A stretch of DNA of 36,524 nucleotides from Trichomonas gallinae. Taxonomy: Eukaryota. Positions 21,298-31,598 of this stretch are shown in pieces. The stretch is from the NCBI GenBank assembly GCA_008369845.1, contig MRSU01005911.1, forward strand, positions 1 through 36,524, read 5' to 3'. Under the pieces are notes generated by a model, which did not search any database, was not told the origin of the DNA, and saw only the letters and a list, made by a program, of their open reading frames with translations. Within the stretch, counting starts at the first letter, position 1. Each line of letters starts with the position of its first letter. Both the position numbers and the translations under genes were made by a program.

Positions 21298-23874
21298 ATG
21301 GAGGTAGATGAAGATGGAAAGTTCATAATCAATTTACCAGAAGACCTTTCATTCGACATGACACTGGATCTAATAGAAATTTCTGAAAAAATATCTAAAT
21401 TTGATAGTTTGAGATTCATTGGCAAATGGGCGAAGATCAAATCATCACCAGAAGGATTATATTTTGCAATTAATAACCTCCTTAATGCACAGACACAATT
21501 ACAATTCAATAAGATCTATACAATTTTTAGAGAAATAATTTATTTTGATGGATTTTTAAATATTAAACCTCCAAAGTATGATAATCCTGAACAAATAGTA
21601 AATATGATTATTAACTTGCTATTTTTTGCAGTAGAAAATCAACCATTTCTAACAGATCCAGTTTATATTTGGCAAAATAATCGATTAAGAGTATCTATTT
21701 TGTTTTATATGTATTATATTGGTGATACTAGAGCTACATTACTCTTACAAAGATATTTAGAAGAACTTCCAGCTCAAAAAATTTTTGATTTCCTTAAAAC
21801 ATTACGAGAAGAAGTTAACAACAAAGTATTTTCTTTCATTAATGATTATAATGCTATATTTGCCCTAATGGCTGCTGATGGAACACAAGAAAATTATTTA
21901 AGATATATTTTGGATAAAATTAACAATGGGGTTGTTGGATCACTATTTGCTCTTTCTTATCTGCTTGAGATTCTAGATACGAACTTTCTATCACAATTTC
22001 CATTAGTTGATGCATTAAAAGATTTAATTCTGAAAAATCCGGAAAATGTCGAAGTTCTCCAATGTATCAACTCTCTTTATCTCAGAGATCCAGAAAATAT
22101 ACCAGAATACATTGTTGGATTTAATATGAAAGAATATCTCTCTAAATTTTTAAAAAATCCAACTTTAAACAAAGAAATCTTCGAAATAGTTCACAAGAAC
22201 ATCGAATTATCACTGATATCAGATGATATAATGAATGAATATTTCAGTGATGTATTTGTACCTGCTTTATATCATGCAATGATTAATTATAGAAATGATC
22301 ATATATTTTTCAGACCATTTATTTTAAAATTCATCAAAATTCATCCAGAACTAGTTGAAACATTTACAGAAGTATATGAACAACTGTTTCAAGAAGTTTT
22401 CACTAAAAAAGACATGCTCAATTTTGAATTTTCGATTAATGCAATTTTGATGATGCTTCGTCAAATAAATACTAAAGCGAGAAATGATTTTGATGAATCA
22501 GAAGAAATCATTCCTATACTAGAACAAATTATTGGCCAAGATGAATTAATACAAGAAGAAGAAATAGCTGTTAGAGGCGTTTTGAAGTACTATAATGGAA
22601 ATGATAGATTAAGCAAAGAAAAGAAGTTAGTTTACATGGAATTATTCAGTGGTTTTATGGATAAAGAAATCATATCTGAATCAAGGTGTTTATGCTATAA
22701 AGAATATTTGGAGTTTATTCTGGGTCTAGATTTATCAGAAGAAAATACCCAACAATATGCAATTAAAGCATTTATTGGATCAGTTAAAGTTTTATTTGGA
22801 GAAGATATGCTAAATAAAAATGAAGGATTGTGGCTTGCATCTGTTCTTACTCAATTCATTGAAAAGGAGCCAAGTGCTGTTGAAATGATTTCCAACAACC
22901 TACAAGATATTTTAGTTGCTTTATTATCGCAAGAAGAAAATGAATACATTAAACTTTCTGCAGCAATAGCTAATGCTGTTAGTCATTATGAAGAAGACAA
23001 AGTTACAAAAAACTCATTGTTTGCAACATATATAAACAAAATCAGTGAATTTATTCGAGAAACAGCAACAACCCAAATTATAAATATAGAAGTTTCAAAA
23101 GTTCTCAAAAGCAAATACAAAGATGCATTAACATTTATTCTTTCGATTGATGGGATCGAATATACTGAGTGTATCGCTGCATTTTTCAATTTTCTTAATA
23201 TAGTCAAGTCAATTGAAAAAATAAATGTTGATGATGATATTCCTAGAATTTATGAGTGGGTATTGAAAGTTTGGGGATTAGAAATGAATGAATTTTTGAT
23301 CAGTCATTTCCATTTTCTCAATGAAAGTCCAAAAACAATCATCAAAGTTTTATCTATGATAATAGAAAACCCACAAAAGGCGGATTTGATTGCTCCTATC
23401 TTAGCTCAACTTATCAAGATGCACGTTGAAAACAATTCACAACTTATTACAATTATTTGTAGGTTTTTGGCAAGTTATATGATGAATTACGTACCCCAGG
23501 AAGAATATGGAAACTATTTTCGATACATACTCAAAATTTGCAACTATCCATCGATTTCTAATGAAGCGATGCTATTGATTTTTCCAATCATCAATCAATT
23601 CTTCGATCAAGGTTTTCAGCAAATCGTAATGACAAAATTTGAAGCTTTCTTTAATTTGTTTTGGAACGAAAAATCGTTGCATGAACAAAGCGGGATTGAA
23701 TTACTGAAGTTATTTTTGGAATTACATAGAAATATTCTGCGAGTTGAGGAAGCAGCATTTAATCATTGCATTAGCTTTATCCAAAATCAAGAAATTGCAG
23801 ATTTATATGCAAAACTAGTGAAAGATGAAATTGATAATAACGCATTTATGCTTGCTCTATCGTCAATACTTTGA
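21298..23874 (+). CDS. Hypothetical alpha-solenoid (ARM/HEAT-like) protein, 858 aa
   Basis: Long ORF with acidic, I/L/F-rich amphipathic helices throughout. The first ATG is at 21298, after tandem Inr elements (the track start 21208 is TTG). The fold is inferred from composition only. Confidence 0.75.
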   Translation: MEVDEDGKFIINLPEDLSFDMTLDLIEISEKISKFDSLRFIGKWAKIKSSPEGLYFAINNLLNAQTQLQFNKIYTIFREIIYFDGFLNIKPPKYDNPEQIVNMIINLLFFAVENQPFLTDPVYIWQNNRLRVSILFYMYYIGDTRATLLLQRYLEELPAQKIFDFLKTLREEVNNKVFSFINDYNAIFALMAADGTQENYLRYILDKINNGVVGSLFALSYLLEILDTNFLSQFPLVDALKDLILKNPENVEVLQCINSLYLRDPENIPEYIVGFNMKEYLSKFLKNPTLNKEIFEIVHKNIELSLISDDIMNEYFSDVFVPALYHAMINYRNDHIFFRPFILKFIKIHPELVETFTEVYEQLFQEVFTKKDMLNFEFSINAILMMLRQINTKARNDFDESEEIIPILEQIIGQDELIQEEEIAVRGVLKYYNGNDRLSKEKKLVYMELFSGFMDKEIISESRCLCYKEYLEFILGLDLSEENTQQYAIKAFIGSVKVLFGEDMLNKNEGLWLASVLTQFIEKEPSAVEMISNNLQDILVALLSQEENEYIKLSAAIANAVSHYEEDKVTKNSLFATYINKISEFIRETATTQIINIEVSKVLKSKYKDALTFILSIDGIEYTECIAAFFNFLNIVKSIEKINVDDDIPRIYEWVLKVWGLEMNEFLISHFHFLNESPKTIIKVLSMIIENPQKADLIAPILAQLIKMHVENNSQLITIICRFLASYMMNYVPQEEYGNYFRYILKICNYPSISNEAMLLIFPIINQFFDQGFQQIVMTKFEAFFNLFWNEKSLHEQSGIELLKLFLELHRNILRVEEAAFNHCISFIQNQEIADLYAKLVKDEIDNNAFMLALSSIL

Positions 23875-23899
23875 ATCACCTGAACTATTATAATGATAA

Positions 23900-24832
23900 T
23901 TATAGTAATATGTTACATGCAGAAGCATATATAAAAAAGATACAATAATCAGAATAGTAGGTATTAGTTTGTTGTTTGTACAGTGGAGAAATTACATCAC
24001 ATAATTCTGTGGAGAAATGCGAGAATTTGAGAATAAATTGGTCTGTTGATAAATATTCAGCTCCATTAGAGGGACAATTAGGATTATTTAGGTAACAATT
24101 AAATATTTTAATGGAGCCATATCCACTAGGGCTAAACAGTTTTTCTCCAATATTGTCAACTATTATGCAGTAATATAGATTTAAAGCCGTCTGATGCGCA
24201 TAAAAAATTCCATGGTAGCCAGGTTGGTTCAAATTTTGGATGAAAATTGAATCGTTAACATCAAATTTTGTTTTCCATTGGTATCCAAAAATAGGACTAG
24301 TAGCTGTAGAGGTAATATTACAATTAGTAGTATATTTTTGAGAAGAAGAAGAATCTGCATATAGGAATCTCCAGGCTGCTTGATCTTTTCCAACGCAATA
24401 AGTAACATTAGTATTACTAAAATTTTGAATTCCATAATCTGCCAGGAAGACACTTTGTTTTCCTATTGTGCGCACGATTGAACATCCAACAATTTCATTT
24501 TTACGGTTGGAATCTCTAGGTAAATAAACAGCTGAATGTTCTCCAGCATTTGTTGCATAAGCTTTGTTGCTGCAAACACTGATTTGGACACAATTTTCAC
24601 CTTGAAATAAAATTGCACCACCTTCTTTAGTGTAATACGGCTTAATAAAAGTGGTGTGATATACAAGTAAGTAATTACAACTAGATTTATTAATAATAAT
24701 AACACCATTCTGGCCAAGTGATTCGAAGATGACATTTGTGACAAAATTAAGTCCCTGTTGAGTAATTCTTTCGTTTTTTGAAAGTACTGTAGGTTCTGCT
24801 GCATCTGGATAAACAAAATTCCAATAATACAT
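23900..24832 (-). CDS. Trichomonas hypothetical protein with probable pectin-lyase-like/Pmp-like beta-helix, 310 aa
   Basis: Contains a GGAI motif, repeated N/S/T/C-rich strands (FSNTNVTYC, YTTNCNIT, DSIFIQN, YCIIVDN), a C-terminal SHFSTELC motif and a hydrophobic tail. Confidence 0.65.
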   Translation of the reverse strand: MYYWNFVYPDAAEPTVLSKNERITQQGLNFVTNVIFESLGQNGVIIINKSSCNYLLVYHTTFIKPYYTKEGGAILFQGENCVQISVCSNKAYATNAGEHSAVYLPRDSNRKNEIVGCSIVRTIGKQSVFLADYGIQNFSNTNVTYCVGKDQAAWRFLYADSSSSQKYTTNCNITSTATSPIFGYQWKTKFDVNDSIFIQNLNQPGYHGIFYAHQTALNLYYCIIVDNIGEKLFSPSGYGSIKIFNCYLNNPNCPSNGAEYLSTDQFILKFSHFSTELCDVISPLYKQQTNTYYSDYCIFFIYASACNILL

Positions 24833-25061
24833 CTATGTCCTTCTTCATTTTATTCATCTTTCCATTGTGTCAGCCCATCTGTCACATTTAATAGACAGCA
24901 TTTCAATTTTCAGAAAGTTGTAGCAAAATTTGACAATTTCTGAAAAATGAATTGTTGCAAAATGTAAAATTAAACCAGAACTTATATTAGATACCATAAC
25001 TGTGTTACAATTGTAATATTGTTTTAAGATGTATGATTTAAAATAATAAAAATACAAACAT

Positions 25062-26912
25062 TTATTTTGATGGAAAGTTGCAGTTTGGAAAGTGTCCAAC
25101 ATTTAGAATGTTGATGTTCACGAACTGTTTCTTGCTTTTTCCTTTCTGCGAGTTTGAATCAGCTGATTCTGGCTGCGGACTGTTGACATTCAGCATCTGA
25201 AGGATGTAGTGCATCATGTATTCGTCGTTCGCCGCGTTCTGCTGTTTCTTGACGTCAGAGAGTCTGCTCTTCTCCTCCTCCAATCTATACGCGTTGCCCT
25301 TCATAGACCTGAACAAAGAATTTTGATTAAGTCCCTGCAGATAAGAAGATAATGACTTCTTGGTTGCTAGGCTCTGCAGTCTGTGCCTCTCCGGCTTACA
25401 CGGTGGAATAATCAGTTTCTTCTTCTGTGGAACTGGTTTTGTTATGTCGCTTTTCTTTACTGAAAATTTCCTTTTCGCGAAAGCTTCTTTTTCTTTCTTC
25501 TCTATTTCTTGTGTCACTTGGTCAATGTGTTCCTTCCTTGCTTTGGTTGTTGTCGTTTCTATTGGGCCAACAACTGGCATCGATTTTGCGACTTTTATTG
25601 CAGTCTCCATGACTTCTGTTTCTGGGTCATCTGGTTCTAATGGATATATCTGCCTCCAATTTGTTGTTTTCGCTATCTCACTTTCTTTTTCTGGGTCAAA
25701 AATTTTGAATCTTGGTAAATCTGTTGCTCCTGTGATTCTCATCTGAGTAACAGCTTTCTCTTCATCGGCAACGATCTGCTTGAAGCCTTTCGGAATGTCT
25801 AAGATCGTTAATGTGCCTTTCAGAACAGATTCTTTGAGTTTTTTATCAAATGGAGAATCTGTTGATAAACTTGGCATATTGTTGACTTCTATGAGCCATG
25901 GTTCAAGATTTGCGTCCAAAAGTATGTCAAAGCCTAAAATTTCGAAACATCTGCATTTGTCGTCAGAAACAGAAACTGTTGCTTTATAATGATGCTCGAG
26001 ACGTGGCTGAATTGATGCCACTGTCAATCTTATGATTCTGTCGATTTTTCTCTGCAATTCTTTTGTATCTAGGCCCATCTTGCGAATTGTGTCCAAAACA
26101 AATGAATAGGATCGCTTTGAACCCTTTGTCGCATCGTTTGGATCTGTGTTTTTCTGAAAATGATCGTTTTTCTTGTTTAATGAATAATTTGTTAAATGTC
26201 CGTAAACTTTCGAAAGGTTTGCTGATGTTGGTACGACATAAGGCTCTGTGCAGAACCTTGCCATTCCTTCGTTATGAAAATACATGCGAAGTGGTGAAAC
26301 AGCAGTAATTAATACGTATAATCTCAAATCAAACTTATAACCGTCAATGAGGAACGGAGGAATGTACTGCTGAACAACAGCAGACTCAGAATAATGCTCT
26401 GCCTGTTCTGGTTCTTGAATTAAGAAAATTCCTCTTCCTTGCGCTCCTCTGTCAGGTTTGACGATGAAAGTGACTGGTTCTGTCTGTTTCTCGGCCTGTG
26501 CCAGCATGAATGTCTTTAATGCCGCATATTGGCCTGGAAGCAAAAAAGATTTCGGCTGAAATGTGTAAATATCGGGTAACTGTGACTGCAGCTTCTCATA
26601 GTTTCGAAGCATCTCGACTTTTCTTGCTATTGACCAAATTGCAAAGAAATGATTGTAAAACTGGAAAGGAAGAAGAGTTGAGCACACATCAGATGATCCA
26701 CCAGCATCCGTCCAGTACATAGTGCATTTTTCTTCGGATTCTGTCTCTTCCCAGCCAAGATCTGCGAAAACTTGATGAACTAAATCGTAATGCGTGCGCT
26801 GTAGGTTAACCAAAAGACGTTTACGGTATTTCTTGCCTTTGGGTAATTTCTTGGGTCTCTCTTTCTTGACAATTTTCGGAGTTTCTTCTTGAAAATCTTC
26901 TTCCTCAGTCAT
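25062..26912 (-). CDS. Tubulin-tyrosine-ligase-like protein (polyglutamylase, TTLL6/11/13-like), 616 aa
   Basis: Motifs FIVKPDRGAQGRGIFL, VVQQYIPPFLIDGYKFDLRLYVLI, EGMARFCTEPY, HLTNYSLNK, CFEILGFDILLD and PWLIEVN. The first ATG is at 26912 (the track start 26942 is TTG). Confidence 0.93.
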   Translation of the reverse strand: MTEEEDFQEETPKIVKKERPKKLPKGKKYRKRLLVNLQRTHYDLVHQVFADLGWEETESEEKCTMYWTDAGGSSDVCSTLLPFQFYNHFFAIWSIARKVEMLRNYEKLQSQLPDIYTFQPKSFLLPGQYAALKTFMLAQAEKQTEPVTFIVKPDRGAQGRGIFLIQEPEQAEHYSESAVVQQYIPPFLIDGYKFDLRLYVLITAVSPLRMYFHNEGMARFCTEPYVVPTSANLSKVYGHLTNYSLNKKNDHFQKNTDPNDATKGSKRSYSFVLDTIRKMGLDTKELQRKIDRIIRLTVASIQPRLEHHYKATVSVSDDKCRCFEILGFDILLDANLEPWLIEVNNMPSLSTDSPFDKKLKESVLKGTLTILDIPKGFKQIVADEEKAVTQMRITGATDLPRFKIFDPEKESEIAKTTNWRQIYPLEPDDPETEVMETAIKVAKSMPVVGPIETTTTKARKEHIDQVTQEIEKKEKEAFAKRKFSVKKSDITKPVPQKKKLIIPPCKPERHRLQSLATKKSLSSYLQGLNQNSLFRSMKGNAYRLEEEKSRLSDVKKQQNAANDEYMMHYILQMLNVNSPQPESADSNSQKGKSKKQFVNINILNVGHFPNCNFPSK

Positions 26913-27092
26913 CAAAAAAAAATTCTTTGCAAAAAAAATCAAAAATTTGATTTCGTAGCTAATATATATATATAAAAACCGAAATATTTAAATTTCAAAA
27001 TTTTTGTTTGTAAAGTGTCAAAATGTTATAAATTTATCATTGAAAAATAGTCATATAACGATATTTTGTCTTGTAAATTGTCAGGTTGTCAG

Positions 27093-27937
27093 ATGATAAT
27101 ATTCTTTAGAAATATGCATATTCGGTAATACATAGTATTGAAGGGACAGATGTGTTGCTGCTCAAGAAACTGACTCAGTCATTATAATTGGAAATGTTTC
27201 TAATCCTGAAAAAGTTAAACATAGTCGTGAAGCAAATACGATAGAAATACCAGAAACTATTGCTTCAACACATCCAACCCCGTTTGATTTATCCATATTT
27301 AATGAATTAAAATATGTCTCATATGAGAAAAGTTCATCAAATTTACTTGAAAACACTTATATAAAGAAATTGATTCTTCTTGCAAACCTAATGGCTTTTA
27401 GTCAGAGAAACATGAATATCAAGCAAATTGAAGTCGAACAGAATCAATCATCATTATTAATGGTTGATGGCAATGCACTGATACAAAGATCTAATGGATA
27501 GCTTATTGTTCTCTTTGGAAATCTATCTACAGAATACACAATTCCTAATACAATTGGAATTATCCAAACTCTTGATCGTATAACAACATTTGACAATATT
27601 GTTTATCCTTAGGATCAACAATTCGCTTCTAATGGAACATTTACACCAGTTCAGCCAGTTCATTATAATAGCGATGTTCTCCCTGAACATCTTTATTCGG
27701 CTAAAATTCAGACAATAGGTAATGCCTTCTATGTGCAAAGTTTTGACAATTTTCATTCTAGTTCATTTATTAATTAAATATACGAGAAAATGAAAGCCCT
27801 TCAGTTGAAGATGATGGGGAATTGAAAGGAAATTCAAATAAAGCATTGAGCAAAGGTGAAGATGCTCTCATACACTAATTTCTGCAATATTGGTTCACTT
27901 ATTTTTATTAGTTAAAAAGCCAACTGAGGCAGCTTGA
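27093..27937 (+). pseudogene. Decayed BspA-like (TpLRR) surface-protein pseudogene
   Basis: The frame from 27151 reads ...TIEIPETIAST...IKQIEVEQNQSSLLMVDGNALIQRSNG*LIVLFGNLSTEYTIPNTIGII...VYP*..., with stops at 27499, 27610 and 27775. Frameshifted remnants follow: a stalk (ENESPSVEDD...LSKGE) and a TM plus tail (SAILVHLFLLVKKPTEAA*). Boundaries are approximate. Confidence 0.65.
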
Positions 27938-28290
27938 AGCTGTTAATTTAATTTTTTATTTATTTAATACATGGAATCTATGTTTATGCATAAAACATAT
28001 ACAGTCAAGCAGCACTAATGTATGCTTCAACATTTGGTCATTATAAAATTCCAAAGTCTTTTCCAAAAAAAAAAAAATAATTTAACGATACAGCTTTAGT
28101 TGATGCTTCAAGAAATAATAATATAATAATATTATCTGTATTTGCATGTAATGATGTGATATGACGCAATAAAATGTATATTCTGAATGATATATATTGA
28201 ATTAAAAATAATCGTATGTCAAAAAATTGTGATTTATCGTTTGACATGTAAAGTGAAAGGTATGACAATATGCCATGTAAAAATCAAAAA

Positions 28291-30288
28291 ATGACTGAGA
28301 CTCTTCCTCCCGAGATTGTGAATCTTCTTGAGCGGAAAAAGTTTGCTGAGGCTAAGAAGGCGTGCGAAGAGAAGGGAATCAGCACGCTTCCAGTCCAGAA
28401 AAGCATTTCAGATGAAATTGCCAAAGCAAATACGGAATTATTGAATAAAAACGCGGAAGCTGCTATGAACTATTTCATCAACCTCATCGGAGCTATTGAA
28501 CCGTCAATGGTTTTGTGCAAATTCTTCAGTCCTCACTTAACCCAATATCTTACTGCTTTCTTAATCGAACTCCACATTCGAGGATACGCTTACGAACAAC
28601 ACACACGTTTGCTTTTCAACATGTTCCAGAAAGGAAATGATCCAGCTTTCGATAAATTCATCAATTTCCTCGAACAAGCGAAGCGTCAGAAATCTAACGA
28701 GATGAATACAGGAAGCAAGTTCTTCTTGTTCGGAAAATCAGATAAAACAACTAAGTCATCGTATGTAGATTTAAGTGCATTTTATGAAAACTTCAAACAA
28801 AACGCGAGCGCAGCCATGGAAGTTCTCGTACAGAATGACATTGGCGACAAAGCCTTCCAATTATCAAATATCGTCTCGATTCCATCACAAAGAGTCAATT
28901 TGTTGATTAACAGCCAAGAAAACTATCTTGAAGCATCAAATATCGTACTAAGAGAATGCACAACACCTCCACATGCCGAAAACGACTTACTAAGACCATC
29001 CACAGCACAACCGACAGAAACAAATCAAAAAACGCCAGGAGGACGTCAGCTCTTACTCGAATACGGCTCAACGCTCATATCACGCGTCCTCGAAAAGAAT
29101 TACCCACAGCGCGACAAAGTTATCGAAAATATCATAAATGCAGCACATCAGGCCTGGATCAAGAACGATGACAGTACCGATGTTGATTTCATCAATATCT
29201 TCTGGGGACACCCAGAATACTGCTTCAAATTCGTCGAAAAAGCTTGTTATGCGAGACCAACACCATTATTAAACACGTGCTTGATTGATTTGACCATTCC
29301 AAGACAACTATCTAAAGATGACAAAGGCCTTGATATGCTTTTCAACATACAATGGCCAGGAAAGCCAGATAGCAGCTATTGTCTAAATAGAATTCGCGAT
29401 GTTAACAATAACTACTACGTCGAAGAGATCCTTTTCATCTGCAACGAGGTTAATTTCCTGGAAGGAGTCATCGAATGCTTAGGACGCGCTGGAAATTATT
29501 CTGCCGCTTCTTCATACTACATTGCAGCATGCGAAAACTCGGTCCAGGACAAGGAAAAGTTCGATTCCTATGTAGCACAGTATGTAAAATGGCTGAGAAA
29601 CTCACCGAACTTGAAGAACGAGGATTGGGTTGACATTTTCCAGTTCTTCATCAAGTTTTACTCGCAAACAACGAACCAATCGTTCATGTCGAAGCCGAAC
29701 GATGACCCACACGACGAGCACAAGACGATTTTCCTTCAGGAAATCGTCCTTCCTTTCGCTTTGAAGTCGAGGCCATTAACATCGCTTATTAACTACATGT
29801 CGAAGTTCCCTGCTGTCCCCCTGAGGATAGTCAAGAAGATACTGATGGATGAGATGACGAAGAACGAGAAAGTCCTCGAGAACGAGCTCAACGATCACGA
29901 GACGAGCGTCAGGGAAGTCTCGAACATCGAGAAGCAGATAGAACACTTAGAAGGCGACGATATCGAGTTCAGACCAATGAACTGCGACAAGTGCTTGAAC
30001 AAGCTCGAAGTTCCTTACGTGGCCTTCATGTGCGGACACATTGTCGACAGGAAGTGCTGCGAGTTCGGCGAGGGAAACATCCCGGTCTGCCCGATCTGCG
30101 GCGATCCGCATGACTCGCCAAGCCCAATCTACAGGATGCCTGAAGAGGCGAAGCGGACTATCCGCATCGATCCTCAGCAGCCGGACTTGCTGAACTCTGT
30201 GCTCTCAATGGTCCACAACGGATACTTCAGCAAATCCGAAAGATCTCATCACAATTTAGATGATAGTTACCTTATAAGTCAGCTCTGA
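28291..30288 (+). CDS. VPS11: Vps11-like (HOPS/CORVET core) protein: alpha-solenoid/clathrin repeat, coiled coil and RING, no N-terminal beta-propeller; about 665 aa
   Basis: YFINLIGAIEPSMVLCKFFSPHLTQYLTAFLIELHIRGYAYEQHTRLLFN matches the Vps11 block IGxLEPSYVIxKFL...HTTLLLN. The C-terminus has the RING CDKC...VPYVAFMCGH...C...CPIC and a Vps11_C-like tail. An alternative ATG is at 28270. Confidence 0.8.
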   Translation: MTETLPPEIVNLLERKKFAEAKKACEEKGISTLPVQKSISDEIAKANTELLNKNAEAAMNYFINLIGAIEPSMVLCKFFSPHLTQYLTAFLIELHIRGYAYEQHTRLLFNMFQKGNDPAFDKFINFLEQAKRQKSNEMNTGSKFFLFGKSDKTTKSSYVDLSAFYENFKQNASAAMEVLVQNDIGDKAFQLSNIVSIPSQRVNLLINSQENYLEASNIVLRECTTPPHAENDLLRPSTAQPTETNQKTPGGRQLLLEYGSTLISRVLEKNYPQRDKVIENIINAAHQAWIKNDDSTDVDFINIFWGHPEYCFKFVEKACYARPTPLLNTCLIDLTIPRQLSKDDKGLDMLFNIQWPGKPDSSYCLNRIRDVNNNYYVEEILFICNEVNFLEGVIECLGRAGNYSAASSYYIAACENSVQDKEKFDSYVAQYVKWLRNSPNLKNEDWVDIFQFFIKFYSQTTNQSFMSKPNDDPHDEHKTIFLQEIVLPFALKSRPLTSLINYMSKFPAVPLRIVKKILMDEMTKNEKVLENELNDHETSVREVSNIEKQIEHLEGDDIEFRPMNCDKCLNKLEVPYVAFMCGHIVDRKCCEFGEGNIPVCPICGDPHDSPSPIYRMPEEAKRTIRIDPQQPDLLNSVLSMVHNGYFSKSERSHHNLDDSYLISQL

Positions 30289-31598
30289 TTTTTACTATCT
30301 TATATCAGAAACGATGTAAAGTCTTTTTATATATCTAAATTCTCTTTAATTTTTTAATAAAAAATCTGAAATTAATAATATTAAAAAATAATCATAAATT
30401 CATAATCTGTATAATTTTATATTCTCTTTTTGTCATATATTTATTTATCAATCTTGTCAATTCAAAGTCAAAAATTTTATTTAGGTTAATCTGAACTCAT
30501 TTTTAAGAAAATGGATGTAAATTTTGATGTTTCTTTTACTATTTGACTTGTTATATGATATTTCGATTAAGATAATTTTCGGGATATAAAATATTAAATT
30601 AATTCCCCAAAAACGCGTGTAGAAATGCATTAATAGCGTTATATATTTATTATATAATCATATTTTAGCTGCTTTTTAAACTTATCTGATCGATCAATAT
30701 TTAAGCGATGGATAACTCAGCATAACACAGATATTTGATGCCAATATGATGCATAACTAAGTATCAATCGTATTACAAAGGAAATGACATCCGAATATTT
30801 CTTTCGCATATTCATTGAAGGTTTATGAAGGTTTAAACATTTGTAATCAAATATACTCGTAGAAATGTAGCCATATCTGAGGAAATACAATCCGAAAGAC
30901 AATGATTGTTTTTTGATATATCAGAAATCATTGGTTTGACAAGCAGAATGTGCGCTTCTAGCATTCTTAACAGCATAAACTCGATATTTTCCGATGAACT
31001 ATCCTTGATTGCCTGAGTAGTCAACAATCGACTGAATTTGCAACAAAAACATTGTAACATCATCCATTCGCGTTGGATTTCGCTCTAAAATCCAATACTC
31101 TCTAGCAATGTGATATTATCGAAACTAAAAGAAGGAATTTGAAATAAGGAGTAATTAAAATAGTGTATTAATTATATAAACTCCGTAAATTTTGGTAAGG
31201 AACCACTATGTAATGCTGAACGCTTCATGCAAAAAAGTTTTTGAGACGACATCTTATGCGACAATTTATCAAGGTTGCCCATTGTGTAAAAACTGCACCT
31301 TATTTATGATCTTTATATCACATATTATTGATTAGTTATTATTGCACCGACTAAAACTATCTTTTTCAAATTTTTTACAAAATTTAGCAAATAAAATCAT
31401 TTCATGCTGATATTCATGAATAATTTAGATAAACACATGTATTTGTTAGGCTAAAAAAGGTCATGTAAGGAAACGAAATCGGAACGATAAGATAAAATGT
31501 TTACAAAATATTAAACGGCCATTTTTCGCAAATAAAAAAATTTGTAGTTTTGAAAGGGATGAAAGAAAGACTAGATTTTAATCTATAAACTATTATAA

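Noticed and set aside
27499..27612. Two in-frame TAG codons, and no called gene ending in TAG, suggesting TAG reassignment or readthrough
   Set aside because: None of the long intact ORFs contains an internal TAG, and the same locus also has TAA stops and frameshifts, so pseudogene decay is the simpler explanation.
3446..30288. Apparent cluster of membrane-trafficking genes (Rab1, ENTH-like, VPS9-like, Vps11-like)
   Set aside because: The genes are interspersed with unrelated ones, and these families are greatly expanded in trichomonads, so co-occurrence is expected by chance.
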